Source: Candidatus Micrarchaeota archaeon (GTDB taxonomy: Archaea; Micrarchaeota; Micrarchaeia; Micrarchaeales; Micrarchaeaceae). Taken from it: a stretch of 64,000 nt of DNA. Shown here piece by piece: positions 52,555 to 62,159 of the stretch. Within the stretch, counting starts at the first letter, position 1. Every line of letters begins with the position of its first letter. A program made the position numbers and the translations under genes. The stretch is taken from the NCBI GenBank assembly GCA_021807115.1, contig JAKAPJ010000003.1:1775-65774 (forward strand). Reading direction: 5' to 3'. The notes under the pieces are model-generated. The model saw only the letters and a program-made list of their open reading frames with translations, was not told the origin of the DNA and made no database searches.

Positions 52555-53694
52555 ATGACGCAGTCCAACCTTACGCTGCGCGGGGGAGGGGAGAGGGTCC
52601 TGCTCAAGATAGCGCAGCACTACGACGCCAAGATATACACGGCGGAATACGACAAGGGCTCCACGTTCGAGGAGTTCGCGGACCTTGACGTCAGCGTGAT
52701 AGGCAAGGGGGGGCTGCGCGGCATGATGCCGTACGGCAGAGTGGCGCAGGGGATAACATACGGCATGGCATTCTACGGCATGAGAGTGAGGGAGGACTAC
52801 GACGTCATAAACGCGCATATGGCGCCTAGCCACTGGATACGGCACCTGAACGACCGCGTGCTGTGGTACTGCCATACGCCGCTTAGGGATGTGTGGGACC
52901 TTTACTGGTACAGGCTGAGCCTGAAGAAACCACTCCAGAAGCCGGTGTACATGGTTGGGGCCAAGGCGGTGAGGGCCATAGACCGCAGGGTGGTCAGGGA
53001 CATAGAGTTCATATTCGCAAACAGCCACAACACTAGGTCCAGGCTGGTGAAGTACTTCGGCCGGGACGATGCTAAGGTGCTGAAGGGCGGCATAGACTCG
53101 GGCAGGTACGAGAACAGAGGGGACGGGAGGTACTTCCTATACCCGTCAAGGATATCGCCGAACAAGAGGCAGACGCTCGCCATAGAGGCGTTTGTGCGCT
53201 TCAAGAGGCTGATGGGCAGGAAGGCTGATGGGTATAGGCTCATCATGGCTGGCTCCATCTCGAAGGACAAAGCATTCCAGGACTACTATGCGCAGGTGGC
53301 GGATATGGCAAGGAAGGTGAGCGGGGTGAGCGTGCTGACCAATATAGATGACAAAAGGCTTCTGGACCTGTATTCGAGATCCACCGCGGTCCTATATCCC
53401 CCTATGGACGAGGACTACGGGCTGGTGCCGCTGGAGGCCATGGCCAGCGGGAAGGTGGTGATAGCGTCCAACGAGGGAGGGCCCCGCGAGACTGTGTCTG
53501 ACGGCAGCACGGGCTTCCTGGTCAATGGGCCGCAGGGCATGGCGGAAAGAATGCGCGATGTGGTGCTGGAGCCGGCGAGGGCCAAGGACATGGGCAGGCG
53601 CGGAGTTCGGAACGTGCGGTCCAACTACTCATGGGAGAACTTCTTCCAGACATTTGACAAGGGACTGAGGAGGGTAAAAAAGGGAGGGACGTGA
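52555..53694 (+). CDS. Glycosyltransferase family 4 (GT-B fold)
   Basis: ...YPSRISPNKRQ... and the C-terminal EDYGLVPLEAMASGKVVIASNEGGPRETV E-x7-E motif. ATG at 52555 preferred. Confidence 0.88.
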   Translation: MTQSNLTLRGGGERVLLKIAQHYDAKIYTAEYDKGSTFEEFADLDVSVIGKGGLRGMMPYGRVAQGITYGMAFYGMRVREDYDVINAHMAPSHWIRHLNDRVLWYCHTPLRDVWDLYWYRLSLKKPLQKPVYMVGAKAVRAIDRRVVRDIEFIFANSHNTRSRLVKYFGRDDAKVLKGGIDSGRYENRGDGRYFLYPSRISPNKRQTLAIEAFVRFKRLMGRKADGYRLIMAGSISKDKAFQDYYAQVADMARKVSGVSVLTNIDDKRLLDLYSRSTAVLYPPMDEDYGLVPLEAMASGKVVIASNEGGPRETVSDGSTGFLVNGPQGMAERMRDVVLEPARAKDMGRRGVRNVRSNYSWENFFQTFDKGLRRVKKGGT

Positions 53695-53716
53695 CCGCGC
53701 TTTGGGCTGCAGTGTC

Positions 53717-55558
53717 TCAGCCGGCGCCGACTATTGTCTTGGATGTCACGTAGCCGGGGCTGAACGCCACGACCTCTATTGCCGTAGAGCTGGCGAAGTA
53801 CGGCAGCTGGTCTTCCACTGTGACATCGTAGGTGGAGTTGGGAGGGAGCGCCTGCACGGCAGGGCCAGACACCACGCGCAGGCTGGGCGGATTGCTGCTT
53901 ACTATGAAGAGCGATACAGTCTCGTTGGCGCTCCCGCTGTTAGTAAGCATTATGCTTATGTTACTCATCTGCCGTATTGTGCTGTAATGGTCCGAGACTG
54001 TGGTTACGCCGGGGGATATGTGCCCTATTTCGAGGGTGCCGTGCGAGACGTAATAGGTATGGGCGATTATAGCCACAGCCGCCAGGGCGATGGCCAAGGC
54101 GAATACGACGGGGCGCATGGCCGCCCTCCTTGCGCCGCCGCTGCGACGGGGCGCATGGCCATCGGCATTGAAGCATACAGCAAATAGCAGCGGCACGAAC
54201 GGCAGGACGTAATACGATTCATTCCTCAATGACAGGAAAAAAACAACGAATGGCGCTGCCGGCAGCAGCATGCGCATGGAATCGGGCCGCTCGTATAACA
54301 GCAGCAGCATCGAAGCATAAGCCGCCGCGGCGGCGAGGGTGTAGTACCATGTGGGGACGGGATAGAAAGCGGTAAGGAATTCGCCGAGATTTACGCCGGA
54401 GGGAAACAGGGCACCAATGTTGAAAAGCTGCAGCATGTCGGGGAGCGCATGCGTTGGCGACGCAGCGATGAAGTACCCGGCAATGGCCAGAAATGACAGT
54501 GCGCAGTACCCTGCGCTGGCTGCGAGCCTGCGGCTGCCGCCCTCCTTCGCCACCAGCACACCGAAGAGGGGCAGGACGATCCACACCAGCTGCGTTGTCG
54601 CCGCGGCGATTCCAAGCAGGACGCCTGCGCGCACCGGCCGTGCCCTTTCCATGTATGCGGCTAGCAGCAGCACGGATATCGGCAGGTACTCCGCAATATG
54701 CGCCGTTGTTTCTGTGATGGCGAAAAACCAAACCGCCATTGGCAAAATAAGCATGCCATCCATGTTGGACCGATGGTAGACAGCAAGCGCCGAGAAAACT
54801 GCGACCACTATGCCGGCAAGCAGGAGATACTGCGCGGCCGCCCCGAGAGGCAGGGCGGTGAACGGGAGGGCGAGGAGAAAGCTGCCTGGGGGATAGTCAT
54901 ATCCGTACTCGTATGTGCCGTTCAGGAACGCGGTAGGGGTCATGTTGTTATGCACCAGTATGGGCGCCATGGAATGCGCGTACGGATCTGCGCCCTTCAG
55001 GAAAAGGGATGCCGCATAGTAGTTGTATGCTACCTCGTCCGAGCTCGGCACGGCTGCGGCGCCATTCGGCCCGTAGATTATGTAGAACTGCACAATGCCT
55101 ATCACCACGGATGCCGCAAGCATGGCGATTATTGCGCCGCGCCACCCCGGCGCCTTCATGCCGTGAATCGCCTTGGCGGAATAGTGCACCAGCACCACGG
55201 AAACCGCGGAGCTCATTATCGCCACGGAGATGGAGGTGATCAGGTAGGCGTTGGGCGGCGATTGCAGTGACGATATCTCAATGTAGGCTATTATGGCTGA
55301 GAGTGCCGCCGCGGCCACGTGGCCACGGCGCCATTTGGCCACCCCTGGCGATGATGCCGCCGCAAACAGGAAAAATGATATAGCAGCAAGGGCGAGTAGG
55401 CCGCCCATGAGCGGCGCGGAAAGGTAAAGGGAGTTGCTGTATAGGACGTAGGACAGTATGATGTCAGCTATGGCGATAGAGAGGAGTACGGGCCTTGCGC
55501 CAAGTTTCCGCTTTAGGTCCACCTTTGGGGCTGCGGAAAATATTACCCGTGTTGTCAT
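53717..55558 (-). CDS. GT-C-fold integral membrane glycosyltransferase-like protein (DUF2029/GT87-like) with a C-terminal extracytoplasmic domain
   Basis: More than 10 TM segments. SDEVAYNYYAASLFLKGADPY and YGYDYPPGSFLL resemble DUF2029 signature loops. The assignment is from memory. Confidence 0.6.
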   Translation of the reverse strand: MTTRVIFSAAPKVDLKRKLGARPVLLSIAIADIILSYVLYSNSLYLSAPLMGGLLALAAISFFLFAAASSPGVAKWRRGHVAAAALSAIIAYIEISSLQSPPNAYLITSISVAIMSSAVSVVLVHYSAKAIHGMKAPGWRGAIIAMLAASVVIGIVQFYIIYGPNGAAAVPSSDEVAYNYYAASLFLKGADPYAHSMAPILVHNNMTPTAFLNGTYEYGYDYPPGSFLLALPFTALPLGAAAQYLLLAGIVVAVFSALAVYHRSNMDGMLILPMAVWFFAITETTAHIAEYLPISVLLLAAYMERARPVRAGVLLGIAAATTQLVWIVLPLFGVLVAKEGGSRRLAASAGYCALSFLAIAGYFIAASPTHALPDMLQLFNIGALFPSGVNLGEFLTAFYPVPTWYYTLAAAAAYASMLLLLYERPDSMRMLLPAAPFVVFFLSLRNESYYVLPFVPLLFAVCFNADGHAPRRSGGARRAAMRPVVFALAIALAAVAIIAHTYYVSHGTLEIGHISPGVTTVSDHYSTIRQMSNISIMLTNSGSANETVSLFIVSSNPPSLRVVSGPAVQALPPNSTYDVTVEDQLPYFASSTAIEVVAFSPGYVTSKTIVGAG

Positions 55559-55621
55559 GTTATGCGCCGTACGCTGCCATCCAGGGTGCGCCAGCCTTAG
55601 CGGCAGGCTCAGGGGATACGG

Positions 55622-55948
55622 CTACTTTTTCTGCGCAGACGAGGGCGTTGCGGGATTGAGCTCTATCACGTACTTGGATATCACCTTTGCGGCGTAATCC
55701 AGCACACGCTTTATGTTTGCCTCGGTGTTCGTCCCGGTGCATATCATTTTGCCGTTCTTGAAAAGTATTATGACAGCCTTTGGGTCCGCTATCTTGAAGA
55801 TTGCGCCTGGAAACTGCTCGGGTTCGTAGTCCACGGCCTTGACTTCCTTTGACAGTGCGTAGAGGTCTATCACGGCATGAAGGTCCGCACTTACTACGAT
55901 GTTCTGTATCTTTATGGCCGGGGTAGGTATGTCGTTGCCCTTGGACAC
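55622..55948 (-). CDS. Single-repeat TATA-binding-protein-like protein (108 aa, half the size of a canonical TBP)
   Basis: GTG start at 55948, TAG at 55622-24. IQNIVVSADLHAVIDLYALSKEVKAVDYEPEQFPGAIFKIADPKAVIILFKNGKMICTGTNTEANIKRV is exactly one TBP repeat. In the track it is buried in ORF 55622-57067. Confidence 0.7.
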   Translation of the reverse strand: MSKGNDIPTPAIKIQNIVVSADLHAVIDLYALSKEVKAVDYEPEQFPGAIFKIADPKAVIILFKNGKMICTGTNTEANIKRVLDYAAKVISKYVIELNPATPSSAQKK

Positions 55949-55985
55949 TGTTGCAGCTCTTTTTTTAGAAGCCGTTGAACCACCA

Positions 55986-56006
55986 TTTATATATAGATTT
56001 AAATAG
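55986..56006. promoter_or_regulatory. AT-rich bidirectional TATA region between the TBP-like gene and the GGR-like gene
   Basis: tttatatatagatttaaatag. It reads as TATA on the minus strand about 38 nt before the GTG at 55948. On the plus strand tttaaatag lies about 27 nt before the GTG at 56033. Confidence 0.45.
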
Positions 56007-56101
56007 AAAGGTTTAATAACTCTGTTAGAGCAGTGCCGGGGCGGCCGGGGCACACAAGGCAGTCTTTTCGTGCTCCGCGGACCGATTTTATGCCTTTGCG
56101 T

Positions 56102-57220
56102 ATGATGGAGATGAAGCGGGTCATAGTTGTAGGTGCAGGTATCATAGGGTTGGTGCTTGCCAGGGAGCTCGCCCGGGGCGGCATACCGGTGACAGTTTAC
56201 GATTCCAAGGCGCATGTTGCCGACAAGACTGCCAAGGCATCCGGGATATTTTCCAAGGAGGGCCTGGCGAAGATCGCGATAAAGTACGACAGGGCAATAG
56301 TGAACGAGCTGAACGGGGCGGTAATATTCGCAGGAGGCGAGAGCATGCGGGTTGGGGCCAAGACCACAAAGGCCTACGTGCTGGACAGGGGCATATTCGC
56401 CGAATGCTGCGCAGACGAGGCCAGGGCAGCGGGCACCGACATAGTCATGGGGAGGAGGCTGACCAGGGATGACATTGTGCAACTGGCGAAGGACAATGAC
56501 AACGTCGTTGTGGGGGCGGATGGCGTGGTATCCACCGTAGCAAGTGCGATCGGTTTCCCCCCCATAAAGGAGTATGTGCTGACCTATAAGGCAGAGTACC
56601 GGGATGCGGCGGTACCGGACCTGCACAAGGTGGGTCTGTTCTTTTCCAAAAAGATAGCGCGCAGGTTCTTTGGCTGGACTGTGCCGTATTCGAAATCGAA
56701 ACTTGAGGTGGGCATAGGGATAAGCAGCCTGTCGAGGGGCAACAGCTCGGCCGCGTTCAACGCATTCGCGAAGACCCCATACATGCAGGAGGCGCTCGGG
56801 GGGGCGAGCAAGGTTGCCGGGTATGCTAGCATGATACCACTGGAGTGGAGGCGGAGGACCGTGATGGGGAACGTGCTCCTTGTGGGCGACGCGGCGGGCC
56901 AGGTGAAGGCCACCACCGGCGGGGGGGTGGTGTTCGGCGCATCGTGCGCGAGGATAGCCGCGGACGCGATAGTGGCGGCGTTCAGGAAGGGCAGGCCTCT
57001 GGCGGCGTACGAGAAGGCGTGGCGCAGGGAGCATGAGCTTGACCTGAGGCTGCATCGGATAGCGCACAGCTACTACTCGATGCTGGGCGATAGGGGTTTC
57101 TCCGCCATGATAAAGCTATCGAAGGTGATGGGGATAGACAGCTTCCTGGGCACATACGGGGATATGGATCGCCCTACCCTTATAATTAGGAGGTTCTTCC
57201 TGAGAGGGATCAGCGAGTGA
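56102..57220 (+). CDS. Geranylgeranyl reductase-family FAD-dependent oxidoreductase
   Basis: KRVIVVGAGIIGLVLARELA (GxGxxG) and ...LLVGDAAGQVKATTGGGV.... The start could be 56033, 56090, 56102 or 56111. Confidence 0.8.
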   Translation: MMEMKRVIVVGAGIIGLVLARELARGGIPVTVYDSKAHVADKTAKASGIFSKEGLAKIAIKYDRAIVNELNGAVIFAGGESMRVGAKTTKAYVLDRGIFAECCADEARAAGTDIVMGRRLTRDDIVQLAKDNDNVVVGADGVVSTVASAIGFPPIKEYVLTYKAEYRDAAVPDLHKVGLFFSKKIARRFFGWTVPYSKSKLEVGIGISSLSRGNSSAAFNAFAKTPYMQEALGGASKVAGYASMIPLEWRRRTVMGNVLLVGDAAGQVKATTGGGVVFGASCARIAADAIVAAFRKGRPLAAYEKAWRREHELDLRLHRIAHSYYSMLGDRGFSAMIKLSKVMGIDSFLGTYGDMDRPTLIIRRFFLRGISE

Positions 57221-57221
57221 T

Positions 57222-58634
57222 TCACAGCACGGAGAGGGACCCAGCCGCTATCGAAGCCGCGTTAATGAATGGTTGTGGGTATGCTCCAAGCAGCAGCACG
57301 AAGAGCATGCATATTATTGCCACAGTCGCGACGGTCCAGTCCATCGACATCTGTTCCCTGGGCCGCTTGGCGTACATGGCGAATATGACCTTGCCGTAAT
57401 AGTACACTGATATGAAGCTGTTAACTATGGCTATGACAACCAGTATTATCTCGCCGGCGCTTATGGCGCTGGTGAACAGCAGGAATTTGCCTATGAAACC
57501 CATAAGGGGGGGTATGCCTATCATGGAGAGCATGAATATCGTCAGCGTGAATGCGGCGAAGCCGTTGCTCGTTGCAAGGCCGTTGTAGTCCTTTAGGTCC
57601 TTTATGTTCTTCTCCTCAAGCCACAGGACCACCGCGAACGCGCCTATGATCATGAACGTGTGCGCGGCAATCTGGTATATGCTGGCCTCGCTGCCGTACT
57701 GCGACGCGGCTGCGAAGCCTATGGCTATGTATCCTGCCTGAGATATGGCAGAGTACGCAAAGAGCCTCTTGACGTTCTCCTGCACAAGCGCGGCCATGTT
57801 GCCGAAGAACATCGTGACTACGGCGAGGATCTCGAAGAGCACGGAGAACTGCGGGCTGTACGGGAGCATGACGACAAAGAGCACCTCGAACAGCGCTACG
57901 AATGCCACCTTCTTGTTCACCCCGGCCAAAAGCGCGGTTATGTTCCCGGGGGCGCCCTGGTACACGTCGGGTATCCAGAGGTTGAACGGGAATAGTGAGG
58001 CGTCAAACGACAGCCCTGATACGAACAGCAGCATGGACAGCACTATCAGGTATCCCCCCTTCATGCCGGAGTTGACCAGGTTTGATGTCAGAAGCAGCGA
58101 TGGGGAATACGGGAATATCAGTGCTATGGCGAACGCTATCATTGCTATGGATATGGCGGCCAGCACAAACAGCTTCATGGCCGCCTCGACATGGTGCTTG
58201 CCGTTTATTAGTATCATGAACGCCGTGGGCAGCGACATGAGCTCTATGCCGAGCAGTATGGCTATCAGGGAGTATGCCATTGCTACGGTGAACATGCCGG
58301 CGGCAACGAACCCCATGAGCATGGAGAAGCTTAGGTAGTCGTTAGAATGGCCGTATGACAGCAGGTTGACCAGTATGAGCGCCGTGGAGAAAAGCAGCAC
58401 GAAAAACATGGAGAACTGGTAGACGGCCAGCGAGTCCATTATGATTGCGCTCAGTCCGTTCAGGAACATGTATAGGGAAACCATGCCGATCACGGCAAGC
58501 AGGGCCGTGGTGCTCACGAACTGTAGGCGCCTGTTCTTGTGCAGCATGCCCGCCATCCCTACGATTATAAGCAGCGTCGCGCACAGAGGCACCACGTAGC
58601 TCAGCAATGATGTTGTATCAGGCATGCGAAACAC
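57222..58634 (-). CDS. nuoN: NADH-quinone oxidoreductase subunit N
   Basis: FNLWIPDVYQGAPGNITALLAGVNKKVAF. Last gene of the nuoH-N run. Confidence 0.9.
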   Translation of the reverse strand: MFRMPDTTSLLSYVVPLCATLLIIVGMAGMLHKNRRLQFVSTTALLAVIGMVSLYMFLNGLSAIIMDSLAVYQFSMFFVLLFSTALILVNLLSYGHSNDYLSFSMLMGFVAAGMFTVAMAYSLIAILLGIELMSLPTAFMILINGKHHVEAAMKLFVLAAISIAMIAFAIALIFPYSPSLLLTSNLVNSGMKGGYLIVLSMLLFVSGLSFDASLFPFNLWIPDVYQGAPGNITALLAGVNKKVAFVALFEVLFVVMLPYSPQFSVLFEILAVVTMFFGNMAALVQENVKRLFAYSAISQAGYIAIGFAAASQYGSEASIYQIAAHTFMIIGAFAVVLWLEEKNIKDLKDYNGLATSNGFAAFTLTIFMLSMIGIPPLMGFIGKFLLFTSAISAGEIILVVIAIVNSFISVYYYGKVIFAMYAKRPREQMSMDWTVATVAIICMLFVLLLGAYPQPFINAASIAAGSLSVL

Positions 58635-58637
58635 TAG

Positions 58638-60062
58638 TCATACGTTGAAGAAATTCAGCACTACGAACGGCAGCAGACCGAAAAGGAATATGAAGAACAG
58701 CAGTATCGCGTATCCCACCTTCTGCGGCATGCCTATGTAATCCACCGGACTTGTCTCCTCCTTCGCGGAGAAGACCGACTTGTTCAGCACATAGTAGAGA
58801 TATGCACCGAACATTATTATTGTAACCAGCGGGATGGCGCCATATATTGAAAATGCCTGGACCGCGCCGATGAATATCAGTATGTCGCCTATGAATGCCG
58901 CGGTGAGCGGTATTCCGGTCGTCGCAAGCACCCCGGTCAGGAGCACGTACGCGGTTGATGTGGCGTTCGACACTATGCCCCTGAGCAGCCTTATGTCCCT
59001 TTCGGCGAATATGTGCTTTATCGAGCCGGCGGTCAGGAAGAGGAGCGCTATTGCAAAGCCGTGGGCCAGCATTGCGTAGGCTGCGCCCGCGGTGCCAACC
59101 GTGTTGACTGCACATATGCCGAACAGTATTATGCTCATCTCAACTATGGTGGTGTAGGCGATTATGCGCTTTATGTCGTTCTGCACCATCAGCATGAATG
59201 ATATGTAAAATGCCGATACTGTTGCCAGCGCCGCGACATAGACAGAATAGGCCTGCCCTATCGGCAGCATGGTGAAAAGCAGCACCATCCCGTACCCGCC
59301 GAACTTCGTAAGGATGCCAGAAAGAAGCATTGACCCCTGCGTAGATGCCTCCGTGTGCGCCTCGGGTAGCCACAGGTGCATGGGGAAGACAGGCATGTTC
59401 GTGAGGAACGCTACGAAGAACAGGAGGAATATTAGGGTCTGCATGTTGCCAGGGATGGAGTACGCATTGGTGGCTATGTAGTTTATGTTGAATGAGTGGA
59501 CAGGCGTGTAGAAGTATATCAGGATTATGCCGAACAGCAACAGGAGGCTGGCGAAAATCTCGTATATGATGAACTTCATGGCCGCGCGGCGCCTGTTGGC
59601 CGAGCCGAGCAAGTATATCATAAAGAAGAGCGCTATGACTCCTATGTCCCAGAATATGAAGAACAGGAACAGGTTGCTCGACGCAAACAGCCCTATGGCA
59701 GCGAACTCGAACAGGAGTATTAGGGATGTCGCTATCCTCTCCTCCTCCCTGTCTATGTTGCCGGCCAGTATGGTCACGAACGCGACTATTGTGGCCATGA
59801 ATGCCAGCAGGAACGAGACAGGGGTGAGCTGGAACAGGAATTGGATCCCGAACGTTGGGATGTAGTACGGGTATGATTCCGAGACGTTTATGCTGCCGCT
59901 GGTGACCCCGAGGTAGAGCATGTAAAACGCAATGAGCATCGCGAAGCCTGAGAATATGATGCCCACCCGCCTGCTGTGGGTCTCCTCAGAAATCATGGTG
60001 ACGACTATGCCTGCGGCTAGCGAGAAGAGTAGCAGTCCTATGAACGGGAATGGCTCTATCAT
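58638..60062 (-). CDS. nuoM: NADH-quinone oxidoreductase subunit M
   Basis: MHLWLPEAHTEASTQGSMLLSGILTKFGGYG. Confidence 0.9.
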   Translation of the reverse strand: MIEPFPFIGLLLFSLAAGIVVTMISEETHSRRVGIIFSGFAMLIAFYMLYLGVTSGSINVSESYPYYIPTFGIQFLFQLTPVSFLLAFMATIVAFVTILAGNIDREEERIATSLILLFEFAAIGLFASSNLFLFFIFWDIGVIALFFMIYLLGSANRRRAAMKFIIYEIFASLLLLFGIILIYFYTPVHSFNINYIATNAYSIPGNMQTLIFLLFFVAFLTNMPVFPMHLWLPEAHTEASTQGSMLLSGILTKFGGYGMVLLFTMLPIGQAYSVYVAALATVSAFYISFMLMVQNDIKRIIAYTTIVEMSIILFGICAVNTVGTAGAAYAMLAHGFAIALLFLTAGSIKHIFAERDIRLLRGIVSNATSTAYVLLTGVLATTGIPLTAAFIGDILIFIGAVQAFSIYGAIPLVTIIMFGAYLYYVLNKSVFSAKEETSPVDYIGMPQKVGYAILLFFIFLFGLLPFVVLNFFNV

Positions 60063-60068
60063 TCGTCA

Positions 60069-61850
60069 TCACAGCGCAAACGCGATCACTAATATTATGA
60101 AGCCTGCTATGAAGGCCAGCAGGTACGTGTTCACCTGGCCGTTGACCAGGCCCTTTATCGAATGCCCGCTTTCTATGAAGGCCTCGGAGAACGAATACGT
60201 GAACTTGTCGACACCTGAGTCGAAGCGCGATATTGCCCTTGCGGTATACATGAATGCGGCGGCGATTGCCACATATGCGCGGTTGATTATCGCGGAGTTG
60301 TTAAGCGCATTGAAGAGATTCTTGTGCTTTGACGCCATGTAGAACCTGTGGCCCTGGCGATAGACGTAGTTCGCCACCAGTAGCCCGACTATCGCGGTGC
60401 CGTTTACGAAAAGGACCTCGGGCCATGTGATCTGCTGCACGTTCTTCACGATAGGCAGCAGGAATGTGGGGAAATATATGTACGAGAACGACGCGAGAAG
60501 TATCAGGATTGCGAGTATGTACATTGGGGCTATCATCGTGGGGGGTATGGAATTGTAGTTTATGTATACGGTCTCCTCCTTCTCGTTCATGTTTCTCAGC
60601 GGTATGAACAGCCACCTGAATATGTATATCCCGCCAGCGAGCTCTATTATGACCAGCATGATGTACACCGGCAGGTTTGAAGATGCAGCCGAGCCGAGCA
60701 GCGCCTTGCCGAAGAATCCGCTGAACGGGAACACGCCGGCAATGGAGAGCACGCCGAAGAGCAGCGCCACGTAAAGCTTCCTGTTCTTTGATGAGTTGTA
60801 CGTCTTGAATATGTCCTCCTCGTCCTCGTTCGCCTTCATTATGGCGCCAGATCCCATGAAGAGCAGCGCCTTGTAGAACGACTGAACGAAGAACAGCAGT
60901 ATGGTGGCGTATAGCGCGCCTAGGCCTATGCCAATGAACATCAGCGCGAGGTCTTCTATTGTGGAGTACGCCAGAATCTTCTTGATGTGCCTGGATGCAA
61001 GCGCATTGCTGGCCCCTATCGCGGCGCTTATTATGCCTACTATCAGTATGACAGGGAGCAGCCCGGTCTGGGAATAGAGAGGGAACAGCACCATGATCAG
61101 GAAAACCCCTGCCTTGACCATAGTAGAGGAGTGCAGGAATGCGGAAACCGGAGTGGGACCCTCCATCGCGTCGGACAGCCACTCATGGAATGGGAACTGC
61201 GCCGATTTCGTGAACGCGGCGATCAGTATGAGCAGGAGCGGCAGGTACAGGAAGCTGGTGTTCTGGTACTGGCTCATCAGGGTTGCGAAATCGAATGAAT
61301 GGTAGTGCACGCCTATGAGCACTATTGCGACAAGCATGGCTATGTCGCCTATGAGTATGGTTGTTATCGCCTTCCTTGCGGCCGTGGCGGCATGCTCCCG
61401 CTTGTACCAGAACCCTATTAGCAGGTAGCTTGTGACCCCGAGCATCTCCCACGCTATGAAAAGCGATATGAAGCCCGCCGATATGGAGAACAGGAGCATG
61501 GATGCTGCGAACAGGCACATCTCGAAGTAGAAGCGCCTCTGCTCACTCGGGGTCTCCAGGTACCCCATCGAGTACAGGAAGATGAGCGGCGTCATCACAG
61601 AGACCAGCATCATCAGCAGCATATTCAGCGTCTCGGTTGAGGTGGTTATGTTGAAGCTGAGCCCTGCTATGCTGAACCATGAGTATGTCTCTATGCCCGG
61701 GGGCGTCTGATAGAGCAGTATCGCGAAGAGCAGCGTGACTATGCTTGCGCCGAACGCGATGTACTTCACTGTCTTGAAGTGCTCCTCGCCTACAAGCATT
61801 ATGGCTAGAGCAGCAAGCACGAGTGGCGCTATTATCAGTATCGCGGTCAT
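60069..61850 (-). CDS. nuoL: NADH-quinone oxidoreductase subunit L
   Basis: HEWLSDAMEGPTPVSAFLHSSTMVKAGVFL. 593 aa. Confidence 0.92.
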   Translation of the reverse strand: MTAILIIAPLVLAALAIMLVGEEHFKTVKYIAFGASIVTLLFAILLYQTPPGIETYSWFSIAGLSFNITTSTETLNMLLMMLVSVMTPLIFLYSMGYLETPSEQRRFYFEMCLFAASMLLFSISAGFISLFIAWEMLGVTSYLLIGFWYKREHAATAARKAITTILIGDIAMLVAIVLIGVHYHSFDFATLMSQYQNTSFLYLPLLLILIAAFTKSAQFPFHEWLSDAMEGPTPVSAFLHSSTMVKAGVFLIMVLFPLYSQTGLLPVILIVGIISAAIGASNALASRHIKKILAYSTIEDLALMFIGIGLGALYATILLFFVQSFYKALLFMGSGAIMKANEDEEDIFKTYNSSKNRKLYVALLFGVLSIAGVFPFSGFFGKALLGSAASSNLPVYIMLVIIELAGGIYIFRWLFIPLRNMNEKEETVYINYNSIPPTMIAPMYILAILILLASFSYIYFPTFLLPIVKNVQQITWPEVLFVNGTAIVGLLVANYVYRQGHRFYMASKHKNLFNALNNSAIINRAYVAIAAAFMYTARAISRFDSGVDKFTYSFSEAFIESGHSIKGLVNGQVNTYLLAFIAGFIILVIAFAL

Positions 61851-61853
61851 ACG

Positions 61854-62159
61854 TCAATCCCTGAATTTGGAAAGCTTCGTTACGTCAAGGCTGGCCTCGA
61901 AGCGGGCGAGGTACCTGTAGAACGCTATAAGCACTATTGCCTCGGACGCCGCTATGGTCCATATGGCAAAGAGCAGGAGCATGATGTTTCCGGATGGCGT
62001 GTTGAAGTAGTAGAATGCGGTGGCGAGGAGCGTGGCGGCCACAAGGGCGATCTCCACGGCAAGCAGCATTATTATGAAGTGGCGCGTGGCGGCTATGCCC
62101 ACTATGCCTATTGTGAACATGGCGAAAGATGTGGCGACAAAATATTCGAGCGGTATCAT
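61854..62159 (-). CDS. nuoK: NADH-quinone oxidoreductase subunit K
   Basis: 101 aa, 3 TM, ...ASEAIVLIAFYRY.... Confidence 0.88.
   Translation of the reverse strand: MIPLEYFVATSFAMFTIGIVGIAATRHFIIMLLAVEIALVAATLLATAFYYFNTPSGNIMLLLFAIWTIAASEAIVLIAFYRYLARFEASLDVTKLSKFRD

Noticed and set aside
55949-57067. The upstream 370 codons of the 481-aa minus-strand ORF, considered as a possible N-terminal extension of the TBP-like gene.
   Set aside because: This part is antisense to the well-supported GGR-like gene, crosses an AT-rich promoter, and translates to low-complexity R/P/H-rich sequence. Only the last 108 codons look like protein.
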